Below are positions 35,677 to 46,005 of a DNA stretch of 64,000 nucleotides, piece after piece. The stretch comes from Bdellovibrionota bacterium. GTDB lineage: Bacteria; Bdellovibrionota_G; JALEGL01; DATDPG01. The translations under genes were made by a program, and so were the position numbers. Location: positions 448,001 to 512,000 of the forward strand of contig OY764265.1 in assembly GCA_963668355.1 (NCBI GenBank). The letters run 5' to 3'. Position 1 is the stretch's first letter, and every line of letters begins with the position of its first letter. Under the pieces are notes generated by a model that saw only the letters and a program-made list of their open reading frames with translations, made no database searches and had not been told where the DNA came from.

Positions 35677-37883
35677 TTGTCGTAAGGTTCTTCAAAGTTG
35701 GCGTATCCACTTTCGCCCTTCGGGTAGCTTCGTCTTCGACGCGTAGCCAGTTCTTTTTCTGTTTCGTAGGAATTGGATCGATTGGAACTGGGGCGGTTGT
35801 AATCAAAACGCTTTCGCTGACGCTTTTCACGTTTGGTTCGAGATTCTTCCCGAGGTGCCATATCTAACCCTTCATCTAAGTCATAGTCATAGAGGGCTTG
35901 ATGTTCGGGAATTCCTTGCTTCTTATTGAACTTGCGTCTTTCGTTATTTTTCTTCACCGAAATCCGGGACATGTCTGCGGGATCATGAATCACATGCGGC
36001 GTCATGAAGATCACGAGATTGAGTTTCTCGGTCGTTTTGGATTCTTCCCGGAAGAGATATCCCAATAATGGAATGTCGCCCAGAAGAGGAACCTTCTTGG
36101 TGGAACGATCCACTTTGTCCGTAATCAACCCACCCAGGACAATTGTCTGTTCGCTATTGGCCAGAACCGTTGTCGTAGCTTTTCGCTTTTTGGTGATGAC
36201 ATCCCCGGCTCCCATTTTGTCTTCTTCTAAGCCTGAAATTTCCTGTTGGATTTCCAACGTAACGGCATCTCCCCCTCCGATATGCGGCAATACGGACAAA
36301 ATGATTCCGACGTTTTCACGCGTATACTGCGTCGTGCTTCCGCCGGTTTCATTCATTTGTTCACCGGTTTTATAGGGAACTTCCTGACCAACCTGAATCT
36401 CAGCTTTTTTATTGTCCACGGTCAGAATGTTTGGAGCGGAAAGTACGTTGTAAACACCGCTCGTTTGCTGTGCCTTCAACACAGCACCCAATGCAGGAAT
36501 GCTCACACCATTTCCTAAATTGATGGGGCTCCCCGAGCTGGCACTCATGATCGCACCCGGAAGCCCTGCCAAGGCCGCCGGATTTTGACTGATGGCCGCA
36601 GAGCTGAAGGAGCCTTTGGATCCGAAATTCGTTCCTCCCATAACGGAACCGTCTTGTCCCACGCCTGTTCCACCGTGAAAGCTCACACCGGCTTCAACCA
36701 TTTTGGAAACGTTGACTTCCATGATGAGGGTTTCAACGAAAACTTGAGCGCGCCGGGAATCCAGTTGATCAATGATGGGTTCGATGGACGCATAGTCATT
36801 GGGAGAAGCTGTAATCACCAAAGAATTGGTGGAGGGATCGGCCACTACACGAACTTCCTGTTCGAACATGCTACCGGAGCTTTTCACCAACGTGCCGGCT
36901 TGCGTGGACATTTTAGCGTCCCCCTTCTTGCTCGAGGGAGCACCCGGCTTTCCACTTGAAGAACCACCTCCAGAACTCTGACCGGAAAGAAGTGCGGCCA
37001 AAATTCCAGCCAAATCCTCAGCTTTTGCATGGTGAAGAGGTCGAACATGGATTCGGTTTCGGTCAATAGCAATCTCCACTTCTCGATCCATTTCGGCTAA
37101 AAGATCTAAAACGCGTTCCAGACCATCTCGCGTCGCTTTGACAATCAGGGAGTTGGTTCGTGCGTCAGCCAAAATTTTTGCTACGCTCGCACCACCTTCG
37201 ACATCATCGCTTCTTCTTCGACTTTTGCTAGCCGCTACTTTGTCTTGTTGGAAAATGGCCAAAAGTTTTTGAGCAACGACATCGGCTTGTGCATGTTTGA
37301 GAGGAATAATTTCTGTGGTCAGTCCTTTTCCTGGATTGTCCAAGTGTTGAATCAATTTCTGCAAACGAGCAATATTTGCAGCACTTCCGGAAATGATCAG
37401 GGAGTTGGTTGGACCATGGGCCACGATGGTTTCCCTTCGTCCCACCATGGAATTCAAGACTTGGCGAATTTCATTGGCATCCACATATTTGAGCGAAATC
37501 AATTTCGTCACAAACTCATCGCCCGCCGGACTATCGTCTTCTCCAAAACTAAAAGGCGTAGGGGCCGAGCTACACTCTCTTAAGGGCAAAATCTTGGTCA
37601 CCGAACCGGACTCAGAAGCACAAAGTTTTTTCACAGAAAGTGCCGAAAGAAACGCTTCATAGGCTTGATCCACCGTGACGGGGGAAGGAGAAATGATCGT
37701 GACCTTTCCTCGAACGCCGTCCCCAATGACAAAATTCTTTCCGGTAATCTCACTAATGGACTTGATCACGTCCTGGATATCCACTTCATGAAAATCCAAG
37801 CTGATCATGGGTTCATCCTGAGCCCACAGCGGGGCACTCAAGAAAAGGGCCAATATTAAGCTAACGACTCGAAACTCCTTCAT
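35586..37883 (-). CDS. gspD: Type II secretion secretin GspD, second stand-alone paralog
   Basis: Signal peptide, N0 (ITGKNFV..VRGKVTIISP), N-domain repeats, QVFVETLIMEV, KVPLLGDIPLLGYLF. Confidence 0.9.
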   Translation of the reverse strand: MKEFRVVSLILALFLSAPLWAQDEPMISLDFHEVDIQDVIKSISEITGKNFVIGDGVRGKVTIISPSPVTVDQAYEAFLSALSVKKLCASESGSVTKILPLRECSSAPTPFSFGEDDSPAGDEFVTKLISLKYVDANEIRQVLNSMVGRRETIVAHGPTNSLIISGSAANIARLQKLIQHLDNPGKGLTTEIIPLKHAQADVVAQKLLAIFQQDKVAASKSRRRSDDVEGGASVAKILADARTNSLIVKATRDGLERVLDLLAEMDREVEIAIDRNRIHVRPLHHAKAEDLAGILAALLSGQSSGGGSSSGKPGAPSSKKGDAKMSTQAGTLVKSSGSMFEQEVRVVADPSTNSLVITASPNDYASIEPIIDQLDSRRAQVFVETLIMEVNVSKMVEAGVSFHGGTGVGQDGSVMGGTNFGSKGSFSSAAISQNPAALAGLPGAIMSASSGSPINLGNGVSIPALGAVLKAQQTSGVYNVLSAPNILTVDNKKAEIQVGQEVPYKTGEQMNETGGSTTQYTRENVGIILSVLPHIGGGDAVTLEIQQEISGLEEDKMGAGDVITKKRKATTTVLANSEQTIVLGGLITDKVDRSTKKVPLLGDIPLLGYLFREESKTTEKLNLVIFMTPHVIHDPADMSRISVKKNNERRKFNKKQGIPEHQALYDYDLDEGLDMAPREESRTKREKRQRKRFDYNRPSSNRSNSYETEKELATRRRRSYPKGESGYANFEEPYDNYAERPLPRREKPSKESGNPFSDVRPPSSE

Positions 37884-37899
37884 TTCTCTCTATAGTAAA

Positions 37900-37914
37900 G
37901 CAAAGGTGGTGCCG
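37900..37914 (-). promoter_or_regulatory. sigma54 -24/-12 promoter of the stand-alone gspD
   Basis: Minus strand CGGCACCACCTTTGC, with an AT-rich tract upstream. Confidence 0.6.
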
Positions 37915-38016
37915 AAACCGACTTTTTTTAACCATTTAATATTATAAAAGATTTTGAGGGTTCGTACGGAAGAAGCTCCGCCGAAAACCGGCTCATGTGA
38001 CATAAATCGACCAGAT

Positions 38017-38859
38017 CTAGGCTTGAGCCGAACGAATGGCTTCCGCCATGCGCACCACGCGAACCGTCTCTTGAACATCATGAACGCGAAGGATGGATGC
38101 CCCTTGATATGCAGAAATGGCCGCCACAGCCAAGCTCCCCTCCAAGCGCTCCTCAACATCCACGTCGAGCGTTTTGCCAATGAACGACTTTCGTGAGGCA
38201 CCAATCAAGATGGGATGACCCAATTCCAAAAATTCTGGAAGGCGCTGAAGGATTTGAAGATTGTGCTTCACGCTTTTCCCAAATCCAATTCCGGGATCCA
38301 AAATAACGTTGTCCTTCAATCCGGTTTCTTTCAGGCGCTCTTTGAAAAACGTGATTAAATCGGAAACCACATCTTCGTAGACATACTCACTTTGCATGGA
38401 CCGAGGCACACCGAACATATGCATGATGCACACGGGGACTTGATTTTCTTTCACCACACGCACCATTTCCGGATCCCTCAATCCTTGAACGTCGTTGACC
38501 ATTTGAATCAGGCCTTCTTTTATGGCCGCCTCTACCAAAGAGGCTTTGCAAGAATCCAATGAAATGGGAAGGGGATACTCTTCCTCTTTCAATTTGCGCA
38601 ACACAGACCAAAGCCGTTTCTTTTCTTCTTCTTCGGAAACGCCTTCGGATCCCGGTCGTGTGCTTTCGGCTCCAATGTCCAGAAGGTCGGCTCCCTCTTT
38701 TTGAATCTTCCAGGCTTGAGCCAACGCTCGTTCGGGGTCGATATATTTTCCTCCATCCGAAAAGGAATCCGGAGTCACATTCAAAATGCCCATGATTCGA
38801 ACGGAGTCCGATGAATCTGGGCTTTTTGATCCTTTCAAAATGGGAATTTGCTGAGCCAT
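38017..38859 (-). CDS. folP: Dihydropteroate synthase
   Basis: MGILNVTPDSFSDGG, GAESTRPG, DPGIGFGK, SRKSF, RVHDV; start 38859 or 38895. Confidence 0.97.
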   Translation of the reverse strand: MAQQIPILKGSKSPDSSDSVRIMGILNVTPDSFSDGGKYIDPERALAQAWKIQKEGADLLDIGAESTRPGSEGVSEEEEKKRLWSVLRKLKEEEYPLPISLDSCKASLVEAAIKEGLIQMVNDVQGLRDPEMVRVVKENQVPVCIMHMFGVPRSMQSEYVYEDVVSDLITFFKERLKETGLKDNVILDPGIGFGKSVKHNLQILQRLPEFLELGHPILIGASRKSFIGKTLDVDVEERLEGSLAVAAISAYQGASILRVHDVQETVRVVRMAEAIRSAQA

Positions 38860-38948
38860 GATTGGCTCCCTATTCGCTCCATGGGTCCCTGTCAATGAAC
38901 GAAACGAAGCCTGGCGTTATTTCCGACTCTCGATAGAATCATTTCTGC

Positions 38949-40295
38949 GTGAACGAAAACATTTCCAGACTGATTCTCCTTGTCGAAGACGACGAGGCCA
39001 ATCGAATGACGGTGAGAGCCATTCTTGAAAAAGCTGGCTACAGAGTTTTGGAAGCCAAAGACGGTCGAGAAGGCTTGGATGTTTTTCGCCAAGAAGAAGT
39101 AGACCTCATCCTCACGGATCTAAAGATGCCGGACATGGACGGGATCGAACTCCTCAAAGCTGCCCGGCTCGTGAAGTCGGATGTGGATGTAATCTTAATG
39201 ACGGCGCATGGAACGGTCGAAACGGCCGTCGAAGCCATGAAAGAAGGGGCTTACGACTTCATCGCCAAACCTTTTAAACGAGCGACATTGCTTCGCATCG
39301 TCGAAAAAGTTTTGGAAAAAAGAACCCTTTTGGCAGAAAACCTGCGCCTTCGCCAAGAGTTGGGAAAATACCAAACCAATCATCAAATCATTGGCCAAAG
39401 TTTCGGACATCGAAAGCTCCTGGATCTCATTGAACAGGTGGCCCCCAGCTCAGCCACCGTTTTAATTGAAGGCGAAAGCGGAACCGGAAAAGAACTTGTG
39501 GCCGAAGCGATTCATAATCAAAGCCCACGCGCTCGAAAAAAGTTTATCAAAGTCAGTTGTGCCGCCATTCCCGAAACCCTATTGGAAGCTGAACTCTTCG
39601 GATACGAGAAAGGGGCTTTCACGGGAGCTTTGGCCCGCAAGGAAGGCCGCTTCGAGCTGGCTCACGAGGGAACTCTTTTTCTCGACGAAGTCAGTGAAAT
39701 CTCTCCGGCCATCCAAGTCAAACTCTTGCGCGTACTCCAGGAAGGTGAATTCGAACGATTGGGCGGAACGAAAACCCTTCATTGTGATGTACGCATTCTG
39801 GCCGCTTCGAATCAAAATTTGGAAACCGCCGTTCAAGAAAAGCGTTTTCGAGAGGACTTGTTTTACCGACTGAACGTCATCCGCGTTGACATTCCTCCTT
39901 TACGATCGCGACAAGAAGACATTCCTCTCTTGGCCAATCATTTTCTCCGCATGTATGCGGCCAAAAACGATAAGACGATTGCAAATCTCGAAGAGACTGC
40001 GATTGAGAAACTGTTGCGCTACCCGTGGCCCGGAAACATCCGAGAGCTGGAAAATGTGATCGAACGCGCCACGGTTCTTTGCAAAGGAAATCAGCTTACC
40101 CTCTCCGATTTGCCGGAAGGTTTGAGTGACGTCCCTCAAGCACAAAACGATGAGATTCCCATTCCGATTGGGATGCCACTCTCTGAAGTAGAGGCCATTT
40201 TGATACGAGAAACCCTCAAACGAACAGAGGGGGATAAGAATTTGACGGCCAAGATGTTGGGCGTTGCCCCCCGCACCATTTACCGGAAGATCTAA
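38949..40295 (+). CDS. NtrC-family sigma54-dependent response regulator
   Basis: REC domain, GESGTGKE, GAFTGA, FREDLFYRLNV, WPGNIREL, Fis-type HTH. Confidence 0.96.
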   Translation: MNENISRLILLVEDDEANRMTVRAILEKAGYRVLEAKDGREGLDVFRQEEVDLILTDLKMPDMDGIELLKAARLVKSDVDVILMTAHGTVETAVEAMKEGAYDFIAKPFKRATLLRIVEKVLEKRTLLAENLRLRQELGKYQTNHQIIGQSFGHRKLLDLIEQVAPSSATVLIEGESGTGKELVAEAIHNQSPRARKKFIKVSCAAIPETLLEAELFGYEKGAFTGALARKEGRFELAHEGTLFLDEVSEISPAIQVKLLRVLQEGEFERLGGTKTLHCDVRILAASNQNLETAVQEKRFREDLFYRLNVIRVDIPPLRSRQEDIPLLANHFLRMYAAKNDKTIANLEETAIEKLLRYPWPGNIRELENVIERATVLCKGNQLTLSDLPEGLSDVPQAQNDEIPIPIGMPLSEVEAILIRETLKRTEGDKNLTAKMLGVAPRTIYRKI

Positions 40296-40337
40296 CCCTA
40301 CCAAAAGTGAACGTTTCACTTTTGGTAGTCCCTGGGA

Positions 40338-40499
40338 TTGTCATTTTGTCAAAAGGGTTCGATTATGTTTGCCATTTTGTCAAAAACCACGCGCGCAAAG
40401 TCATGTGCCCTATATTGCCCTATATTTTTATTCTTATTTTTTAAATATTTAGCGCTATACTTAATATTTTTAGGATCCGCTTCATGGCATGATGATTGC
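40338..40499 (+). promoter_or_regulatory. sigma54 promoter with tandem enhancer sites upstream of gspC
   Basis: TTGTCATTTTGTCAAAA (40338) and TTGCCATTTTGTCAAAA (40369), an AT-rich tract at about 40420-40470, and TGGCATGATGATTGC (40485-40499). Confidence 0.7.
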
Positions 40500-40507
40500 C
40501 CCGGAGG

Positions 40508-41452
40508 ATGTTCGTGCGCTGGACCATACTTATTGAAAAATACCGATCCATTACCAATTATGTCGGCACGGCGATTGTCGCTTGGATCTTGGCCGCCATT
40601 GTGGGGCAAGTCATCAATTTGGCCCTGCCCACCCCCTCTTCTTCTCAAGCAGCCGTTGCAACCAAGCGGCCAGACTCCTTTCTCACGTCTCGTTCTCGCA
40701 AACGTTCTCTGGACTATTACAAGGTCATTTGCGAACGAAACATCTTTGATTCTCAGAAACGGGCTTCCTGTGAAGAAACTCCGGTCGAGGTGGATTGCGA
40801 AGTGGATCCCCTTCATCCAAGTTGTGCCCCCAATGAACCTGCGAGCAATACACCCGTCAAAAGTGACATCGCCGCGACGCTTTTGGGAACGGCGGTCATG
40901 TACCCTCCCTCAAAGTCCTTTGCCACCATCTCTCCCAAAGGAAAAAGCGATTCCGAGACATATCGGATTGGCGATCGAATTCTGGATGAAGCTCGCATTT
41001 ATAAGATTGAGCGAAATCGCGTGTTTTTTAAACGCAATGGACGAAATGAATACCTGGAGGTCGACAACCTTCCTCAAATTTACACGAAAAACGCCTCCAA
41101 CAACCTTTCCAACGATGGAATCAAACGAGACGGAGACAAAACCATCGTTTCTCGGGCGAAAGTGGATTCGACGCTTTCGGATTTAAACAAAGTCATTCAA
41201 CAGGCCCGAATGGTCCCCAATTTTAAAAATGGACAAGTTCAGGGCTTTAAGATTTTTGCCATCCGCCCCCGGAGCATCTTCAAACAATTGGGTTTGCGAA
41301 ACGGGGACATCATTCATCGAATCAATGGGGCAGAAATCAATAGCGTTGAGAAAGCAATTCCAATGCTTCAATTGGCCCGCTCTGCTGATGAAATTCAACT
41401 GGACATCACCCGACGTGGAAAAAAACAAACCATGACGATTGAGATTCAATAG
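40508..41452 (+). CDS. gspC: Type II secretion protein GspC (PDZ-containing)
   Basis: N-terminal TM, ERNIF, HR domain, PDZ (GLRNGDII.RING); first gene of the operon. Start 40508 or 40514. Confidence 0.9.
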   Translation: MFVRWTILIEKYRSITNYVGTAIVAWILAAIVGQVINLALPTPSSSQAAVATKRPDSFLTSRSRKRSLDYYKVICERNIFDSQKRASCEETPVEVDCEVDPLHPSCAPNEPASNTPVKSDIAATLLGTAVMYPPSKSFATISPKGKSDSETYRIGDRILDEARIYKIERNRVFFKRNGRNEYLEVDNLPQIYTKNASNNLSNDGIKRDGDKTIVSRAKVDSTLSDLNKVIQQARMVPNFKNGQVQGFKIFAIRPRSIFKQLGLRNGDIIHRINGAEINSVEKAIPMLQLARSADEIQLDITRRGKKQTMTIEIQ

Positions 41453-41467
41453 GCTCGGAGACTACTG

Positions 41468-44149
41468 ATGAAAACGACAAAACATATTCAATTCCTCCTG
41501 ATCGCAACATTGGCGTTCTTTCCTTTTCAAGTCTTTGCGGAAGCACAGGCCACAACTCCGGAAGAAGTGATGAAAAAGGTGCGAGACCTTGCCGAAGAAC
41601 AACAAGCGGCAAAAGCCAACGTCTCTGAAGAAAACCAACAGGAAACGGACGACCCCGAAGCCCAACGTCCAAACATTCCTCCAGCTCCTGAAACGGAAAA
41701 GCGAGATCCTGCCGAGTTGTTAAAAGCGGCGCGAAGAGCCTCAAGAAAGGCTCGCATGAGCAAGTTGAGCGAAGTGGGGCGTAAAACAACCGAAAAAAAG
41801 GCGACTGAGAAGGCAAAAAAATCGAAAAAAAGTTCTGTCTCCAAGAGAGGGGAGAAGGTCAATCTGGATTATGTGAATGCGGAAATTGGTGAAATCGCCA
41901 AGTCCATTGCAGAATTGACGGGAAAAAATTTCATCATTGACGATAAGGTCCGTGGAAAAATCACAATCATTTCTCCCAACCCTGTTTCGGTACACGAGGC
42001 GTATCAAGCTTTTGTTTCGGCGTTGGAAGTTAAAAATTACACCGTCGTCCAAGCCGGAAAGATGCTCAAAATCATTCCGCTGCGGGAAATGAAAAAGAGC
42101 CCGGTTCCGACAGACGTACGCTGGGCTGCCGGTGGAGACGATGCATTTGTCACACGATTGATCCAAATGAAATTTATTTCCGCTTCGGAAATCATGAAAT
42201 CATTGAAGAATCTCATCTCCAAAAACGGAGACATGATTTCGTATGAGCCCACCAATACGCTGATCATCACGGAGTCCGTGGGAAATATTCGACGGATCAT
42301 GAAAATTGTAAACCGATTGGACCAAGAAGGTTTTCAATCCAATCTGGAAGTCATTCGTCTCAAATATGCTCCGGCCTCCGACACCGCCGAAAAGCTCAAA
42401 CGAATTTTTGATTTGAAAGACAGCGGAATCAGCACACCTGCTGGTCGCAAGACGTCAAAAACCGTACGCAAGGCAACAGCTCCAACATCCGTTGAGTCTG
42501 GAGGCGATTCTCAATTCATCTCCAAAATCATGCCTGATGAGCGAACCAACTCCATCATTGTGTTGGCCAATCAAGAGGGACTCAAACGAATTCAAGAAGT
42601 CATCGAAAAAATTGACAGCAGCATTGAAGACGCCGCCAATCAGGGACGAATTCACGTTCATTATTTGCAATATGCAGATGCCGTTGAACTTGCGGGAACG
42701 CTAACGGGCATTGCCAGTCAAGTCGGTTCGCGATCTTCTTCCTCTTCTTCTCGCAGAGGCACAGACATGTTTCCACGAGCAGGATCCTCCAATGCTTCGA
42801 GAAATCGCCCCGCCCCTCCGACCAATAGCCAAGGTACAACCTCCGGCTCTTTGTTGGGTGGCGAAATCAACATCACGGCCGATGCCCCGACAAATTCATT
42901 GGTCATTACGGCTTCCTCTTCAGACTATAAATCCCTGCTTCCGGTCATTAACCGATTGGACGTGAGAAGATCTCAAGCGTTTATCGAAGCCATGATTGTG
43001 GAAGTCGACATCGATAAGGCCTTTGATGTTGGTGTGGCCAATCACGCAGGGGCTCAGTTCGGATCGAACGATAACACCACACTTTTTGGGGCTACGGGAT
43101 TTGGCTCGGATAGCTCTCTCTTTCTCCCCACAGATGTTTCGGCTTTGGGCGGTTTCACCTTCGGCCTGCAAGGGCGAACCGTGGACATCCCCGTTGCCGG
43201 GGGAGAAACTCTCACGATTCCATTATATGGATCTCTCTTTCGAGCTCTCCAAACCAACGGAACCATCAATCTTCTTTCCACCCCAAATATTCTGACGGCA
43301 GACAATACCGAAGCGGAGATCATCGTCGGAAATGTGGTCCCGTTTGTGACGGCCTCGGGAAGAGACATCAACAACCAACCCATCAATCAAATCCAGCGGG
43401 AAAACGTGGCCATCACCCTTCGTGTCACTCCCAAAATCAACGATTCCAATGACATTTCGATGGATATCTTTCAGGAAATCCAGGACATCGTACCGGGTGC
43501 GAATATCGAGACCTATGGTCCCACGACATCTACTCGCTCAGCCAAGACGTCTGTCATTGTGAGAGATGGACAAACCATCACCTTAGGGGGACTCATCAGT
43601 GATCGCGAAACCGACTCCGTGAGTAAAGTTCCCATTTTGGGAGACATTCCGATTCTTGGATGGCTCTTTAAAAGCAAGAACAAAACCCGAGGAAAAACCA
43701 GTTTGGTCATTTTCATGACCCCAACGATCATTCGAGAACCCGAAGATCTTGAGGCCATTACCATTCGAAAGAATGAAGAGCGAAAGGCTTTCTTGGAACA
43801 GAACAAGATGAAGGATCATCCGGGAATTTCGAAATACAATATGGACAAAAGCCTTCGGACCCCGCCTAAGAAGGACCTCCACGAGAAACCCATTCCCGCG
43901 GACAGCCCCACGGGATCCTTCTTACTCACCCCGCCTTCGAGAGCCATTCCGGAGGAGTCCATTGAGATCCACGAAGCGGAGATCCCTGTCGAAGAAACAC
44001 AGGAAATGGTCGCAGAAGATGTCGAGGAAACGACCGAAGGAAACACAGGGGAAATGACGGGAGAAGAGGTCCAAGCCGAAGAGCAGGACCCTTCTGAAAT
44101 CCCCCCAACTCTTTCGGAAGATTCCAACGATGAGGGGGAGGAATTATAG
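41468..44149 (+). CDS. gspD: Type II secretion secretin GspD
   Basis: TGKNFIIDDKVRGKITII, QAFIEAMIVEV, KVPILGDIPILGWLF; long N- and C-terminal extensions. Confidence 0.95.
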   Translation: MKTTKHIQFLLIATLAFFPFQVFAEAQATTPEEVMKKVRDLAEEQQAAKANVSEENQQETDDPEAQRPNIPPAPETEKRDPAELLKAARRASRKARMSKLSEVGRKTTEKKATEKAKKSKKSSVSKRGEKVNLDYVNAEIGEIAKSIAELTGKNFIIDDKVRGKITIISPNPVSVHEAYQAFVSALEVKNYTVVQAGKMLKIIPLREMKKSPVPTDVRWAAGGDDAFVTRLIQMKFISASEIMKSLKNLISKNGDMISYEPTNTLIITESVGNIRRIMKIVNRLDQEGFQSNLEVIRLKYAPASDTAEKLKRIFDLKDSGISTPAGRKTSKTVRKATAPTSVESGGDSQFISKIMPDERTNSIIVLANQEGLKRIQEVIEKIDSSIEDAANQGRIHVHYLQYADAVELAGTLTGIASQVGSRSSSSSSRRGTDMFPRAGSSNASRNRPAPPTNSQGTTSGSLLGGEINITADAPTNSLVITASSSDYKSLLPVINRLDVRRSQAFIEAMIVEVDIDKAFDVGVANHAGAQFGSNDNTTLFGATGFGSDSSLFLPTDVSALGGFTFGLQGRTVDIPVAGGETLTIPLYGSLFRALQTNGTINLLSTPNILTADNTEAEIIVGNVVPFVTASGRDINNQPINQIQRENVAITLRVTPKINDSNDISMDIFQEIQDIVPGANIETYGPTTSTRSAKTSVIVRDGQTITLGGLISDRETDSVSKVPILGDIPILGWLFKSKNKTRGKTSLVIFMTPTIIREPEDLEAITIRKNEERKAFLEQNKMKDHPGISKYNMDKSLRTPPKKDLHEKPIPADSPTGSFLLTPPSRAIPEESIEIHEAEIPVEETQEMVAEDVEETTEGNTGEMTGEEVQAEEQDPSEIPPTLSEDSNDEGEEL

Positions 44150-46003
44150 ATGAAGTTCCCTTGGCAAAAAGATCCCAAGACCGTCATCATTGAAAATGAC
44201 GAAGTCACGCAAATTGCCGAGCCCACAAAAGTGGACGAAATTCCGGCCGAGCCTGAGATTCCGAGCGACATTTCCTTGGATGACACGACGTTGCCTCAGG
44301 GACTTAATCTTGGTGAGATCCTGCTTCGCTCCACAAAACTCACGCGGGAGCAATTGAATGAAGCTTTAACCGCCCAAAAGGAAAAGGGAAACTCAGAATT
44401 GCTTGGAGACATCCTGATCAAAAAGAAATGGATCACAGAAGAACATCTTCTCCATGCCTTGAGTTTGCAATCTGGCATCGAAATTCAAAAAGACCTTATC
44501 AAGGAAGATGTCGACGCTGAATTGATCAAAAAAGTTCCCATCAATTTTGCAAAAAAATATGGCATCGTTCCCCTCAAGAAAAAGGGCCTTAACATCATTG
44601 TGGCCATTTCTGACACGACAGATCTTTCTTCCATGGATGACCTTCGCATCCTATTGAAATGTGATGTTCGGCCTGTCCTTGGGAAAAAATCTGAGATCGT
44701 TCAAATGATCAACCGCGTCTATGACCGGGCCACACGCGAAGAAGATGATCTCATGGAGGACTTGGAGGGAGAGGGACTGACCAACATGGAGCTTCCGGAG
44801 ACGCAGGATCTTTTGGATAGCGAAGATGAAGCTCCCATCATTCGACTGGTCAATACGCTGTTATTTCGAGCGGTCAAAGAACGAGCCAGTGATATTCACA
44901 TTGAGCCTTTTGAGCGTGAACTTTCGGTTCGCTTTCGGATCGACGGCGTCATGTATGAAATCATGAAGCCCCCGAAACGAACGCAGGCGTCCATCAGTTC
45001 TCGAATTAAAATCATGTCTGACTTGGACATTGCCGAAAAACGAATTCCTCAAGACGGTCGAATCAAGATCAAAATTGCGGGTCGAGACGTTGACATTCGT
45101 GTTTCTGTCTTGCCCACCTCTTTTGGGGAACGAATTGTTCTTCGTCTCTTGGACACTTCTTCCGTCATCTTGGATTTGGAGGATCTTGGGTTCAATCAAA
45201 GACAATTGAGCGTCCTCAATAAAATCATTCATAAAAGTCACGGGATTTTCTTGGTCACGGGACCCACCGGTTCAGGTAAAACGACCACACTTTATGCGGC
45301 GCTTTCCAGAATCAATTCGCGGGATCGAAACATCATTACAGTCGAGGATCCCGTCGAAATTCAGCTTTCGGGGATTGGGCAGATTCAAGTCAATCCGAAG
45401 GTAGACTTAACGTTTGCGAGTGGTCTACGTTCCATCCTGCGTCAGGACCCTGACGTCATCATGGTCGGAGAAATTCGAGACTTGGAAACGGCAGAGATTG
45501 CCATTCAGGCCTCCCTCACCGGTCACTTTGTCTTCTCCACACTTCATACCAACGATGCCATCAGTTCGGTCACTCGTCTGGTGGATATGGGTGTGGAGCC
45601 GTTCATGGTGTCGTCCTCTTTGGTGGCAACCATGGCTCAACGACTCATTCGTGTCGTATGCCCTGATTGCCGTGAACCGTATGAGCCCACGGATCAAGAA
45701 CTCGAGGAATTACATATTTCCAGAGAACAAGCCAAACAGGGAAACGTTTATCGTGCAACGGGATGTCCCCAATGCTGGAACACGGGATATCGAGGCAGAT
45801 CCGGAATCTATGAAGTTCTTCCCATTGACGAAGAACTGCGCACGATGATCATTAAAAGTGCGGCAGCCAGTGAGCTGAAAGCTTTGGCTCTTTCCAAGGG
45901 GATGCTCACTTTGCGAGAAGACGGCGCCACAAAAGTATTGAATGGGACCACGACCTTTGAAGAAGTCCTGCGGGTCACTCAAGAAGAAATGAAGGTTGAA
46001 TAG
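44150..46003 (+). CDS. gspE: Type II secretion ATPase GspE
   Basis: ASDIHIEP, GPTGSGKTT, LRQDPDVIMVGEIRD, tetracysteine motif; MshEN-like N-terminus (LGEILL, LGDILI). Confidence 0.96.
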   Translation: MKFPWQKDPKTVIIENDEVTQIAEPTKVDEIPAEPEIPSDISLDDTTLPQGLNLGEILLRSTKLTREQLNEALTAQKEKGNSELLGDILIKKKWITEEHLLHALSLQSGIEIQKDLIKEDVDAELIKKVPINFAKKYGIVPLKKKGLNIIVAISDTTDLSSMDDLRILLKCDVRPVLGKKSEIVQMINRVYDRATREEDDLMEDLEGEGLTNMELPETQDLLDSEDEAPIIRLVNTLLFRAVKERASDIHIEPFERELSVRFRIDGVMYEIMKPPKRTQASISSRIKIMSDLDIAEKRIPQDGRIKIKIAGRDVDIRVSVLPTSFGERIVLRLLDTSSVILDLEDLGFNQRQLSVLNKIIHKSHGIFLVTGPTGSGKTTTLYAALSRINSRDRNIITVEDPVEIQLSGIGQIQVNPKVDLTFASGLRSILRQDPDVIMVGEIRDLETAEIAIQASLTGHFVFSTLHTNDAISSVTRLVDMGVEPFMVSSSLVATMAQRLIRVVCPDCREPYEPTDQELEELHISREQAKQGNVYRATGCPQCWNTGYRGRSGIYEVLPIDEELRTMIIKSAAASELKALALSKGMLTLREDGATKVLNGTTTFEEVLRVTQEEMKVE

Positions 46004-46005
46004 CC

